From the NCBI GenBank assembly GCA_964573185.1, contig CAZNIQ010000004.1, forward strand, positions 3,679 to 35,678: a DNA stretch of 32,000 nucleotides. Reading direction: 5' to 3'. Position numbers and translations under genes: made by a program. The notes under the pieces are model-generated. The model made no database searches. It was not told where the DNA came from and was given only the letters and a program-made list of their open reading frames with translations. This DNA is from Candidatus Woesearchaeota archaeon (GTDB lineage: Archaea; Nanobdellota; Nanobdellia; Nanobdellales; CAZNIQ01). This document shows, piece after piece, positions 31,326 to 32,000 of the stretch (the stretch's first letter is position 1; the number at the start of each line of letters is the position of its first letter).

Positions 31326-31943
31326 ATGTTTTGGTATATTATTGGGCTTCTTGCTGGAGATGGCTATTTATATGATAGGAAATATCAAATAGGTTGGGTT
31401 TTAAATAAGAAAGAGAACGAAATTCAGAACAGAATAATAAATTTTCTCAAGGTATATCAAAGACTCGGATTTGTGAGGAAAATACATGTTATAGAGAGAA
31501 AAGATAATAGCGTTGAGATTAAAATTTATAGTAAGAGAATGTTTAACTTATTTAAGAAGTTTTGTGAAGGTAAAGGGAGATATAAAAGGATTTTAATATA
31601 TCCCAGCGAACTTGTAAAGAAAATTGAGCTGTTCTCTGGATTATTTGACGCTGAAGGTTCAGTAGTTGTATATAGAAATTCTCCCAGAGCATTTTTCGTA
31701 ACGGCATCAGAATACATTAGAGCTACTTTTGAGAAGCTATTACAAGATTTAAATATTAGATACTACATTTACAACGATAAAAGTTGTTTTAGATTTAAAT
31801 TAGCAATTACAGATTTGAGAAAAATTAATCATATGAGCATTAAGTTAGCCGGGGTGGGGGCGGTAACAGCTTCGGCCCTTTCGGTCGGCCGCTCTACCGG
31901 GCTGAGCTACGGCGGCTTTTTCAATATAACATGTTCAAAATAA
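31326..31943 (+). CDS. LAGLIDADG homing endonuclease (double-motif, monomeric type)
   Basis: Motif 1 is YIIGLLAGDGYL (D12). Motif 2 is LFSGLFDAEGSV (E110). The core is about 174 aa. The last 31 or so codons run antisense through the tRNA-Asn 5' exon. An A/T-rich TATA-like stretch at 31295-31306 lies 20-30 nt upstream of the ATG. Confidence 0.8.
   Translation: MFWYIIGLLAGDGYLYDRKYQIGWVLNKKENEIQNRIINFLKVYQRLGFVRKIHVIERKDNSVEIKIYSKRMFNLFKKFCEGKGRYKRILIYPSELVKKIELFSGLFDAEGSVVVYRNSPRAFFVTASEYIRATFEKLLQDLNIRYYIYNDKSCFRFKLAITDLRKINHMSIKLAGVGAVTASALSVGRSTGLSYGGFFNITCSK
31848..31863. repeat. GC clamp arm (inverted repeat partner of 31278-31293)
   Basis: See the partner arm. This arm lies immediately 3' of tRNA nucleotide 37 on the minus strand. 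Confidence 0.9.
31871..31885 (-). other. tRNA-Asn intron 1 (ACCGAAAGGGCCGAA), non-canonical position 30/31, with a BHB motif
   Basis: A 3-nt bulge, 4-bp helix, 3-nt bulge structure can be drawn. Cleavage after the second nucleotide of each bulge gives exactly the G30-G31 junction needed for a perfect anticodon stem. Confidence 0.6.
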
Positions 31944-31951
31944 TTTTAAAA
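31937..31951 (-). promoter_or_regulatory. TATA-like tract (TTTTAAAATTATTTT) for the tRNA-Asn 5' part
   Basis: It spans -35 to -21 relative to the first G of the tRNA (31916). Confidence 0.4.
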
Positions 31952-31963
31952 TTAATTGAAACC

Positions 31964-32000
31964 CGGGCCGGCCGGGATTTGAACCCGGGACCTCCGGGTT
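31964..32000 (-). tRNA. tRNA, 3' portion only (truncated by the window edge), identity unknown
   Basis: The minus strand reads ...AGGUC CCGGG UUCAAAU CCCGG CCGGCCC G: variable region, T arm, acceptor 3' strand and discriminator G. Confidence 0.6.

Larger units (their letters stand above)
31273..31863 (-). other. tRNA-Asn intron 2, or inter-half spacer, at canonical position 37/38
   Basis: It begins CCGCCCCCACCCCGGC and ends GCCGGGGUGGGGGCGG-UUGAU. The interior is AT-rich and is the antisense of the LAGLIDADG ORF. Confidence 0.65.
31237..31916 (-). tRNA. tRNA-Asn (anticodon GUU), interrupted at 30/31 (15 nt) and at 37/38 (591 nt)
   Basis: The exons are 31916-31886, 31870-31864 and 31272-31237. 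Joined, they form a 74-nt cloverleaf: GCCGCCG UA GCUC AGCCCGGUA GAGC G GCCGG CUGUUAA CCGGC AGGUC CGGGG UUCAAAU CCCCG CGGCGGC G. Confidence 0.8.

Noticed and set aside
434-31717. Antisense or shadow ORFs in the track: 434-688, 4834-5046, 8155-8343, 9441-9632, 10864-11229, 11348-11566, 13182-13487, 14042-14266, 16083-16388, 17116-17448, 17548-17760, 18492-18734, 19235-19456, 21207-21431, 21851-22048, 22841-23044, 23535-23789, 23930-24226, 24397-24624, 25016-25231, 25388-25648, 25459-25710, 25604-25786, 27907-28173, 27915-28169, 29767-29949 and 31526-31717.
   Set aside because: Each lies inside, and opposite to or out of frame with, a longer ORF that has recognisable motifs. Their translations are low-complexity (S/F/L/I-rich), as expected from AT-rich antisense frames.
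1-32000. CRISPR arrays, rRNA genes, IS elements with transposases, and inteins.
   Set aside because: I saw no regularly spaced direct repeats and no rRNA-like GC-rich blocks longer than the small RNAs listed. I saw no transposase-like ORFs. None of the conserved proteins (ValRS, P-type ATPase, primase) has an insertion of intein size.

Overview
This is an AT-rich archaeal window in which the stable RNAs are very GC-rich, as in hyperthermophiles. It carries archaeal information-processing genes, a single-chain PriS-PriL primase and scattered fragments of ribosomal operons. Together these fit a Nanoarchaeum equitans-like nanoarchaeote best; this is an inference and no database was searched. I call about 40 protein genes: rpoN, aRF1, ValRS, aIF2-alpha, Nop10, L44e, GINS, primase, RpoE', Spt4, a Cas4-like nuclease, an NFACT-R protein, S13, S4, Cbf5, dUTPase, PhoH-KH, a P-type ATPase, a radical SAM protein, archease, a SPOUT methyltransferase, several surface proteins and others. 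I also call tRNA-Pro(CGG), tRNA-Leu(UAA), an interrupted tRNA-Asn(GUU), a partial tRNA at the window edge, two C/D box sRNAs and two H/ACA-like sRNAs. Three things stand out. (1) At 31237-31916 a tRNA-Asn gene is broken twice. A 15-nt bulge-helix-bulge (BHB) mini-intron sits at 30/31. A 591-nt insert sits at 37/38, is closed by a perfect 16-bp GC clamp and encodes a LAGLIDADG endonuclease on the opposite strand. This looks like an intermediate between an intron-containing tRNA gene and a split tRNA gene. (2) At 1196-4364 a roughly 3.1-kb cryptic integrated element lies in tRNA-Pro. It is bounded by a 40-nt direct repeat, and its integrase gene is partitioned in frame across the att site in the SSV manner. 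The integrase now lacks a catalytic domain, and the element carries unknown cargo genes. (3) At 13462-13573 an H/ACA hairpin is fused 3 nt upstream of a canonical C/D box sRNA behind one promoter. All RNA folds and protein calls were made by eye from motifs. No tRNAscan, BLAST or HMM search was run.
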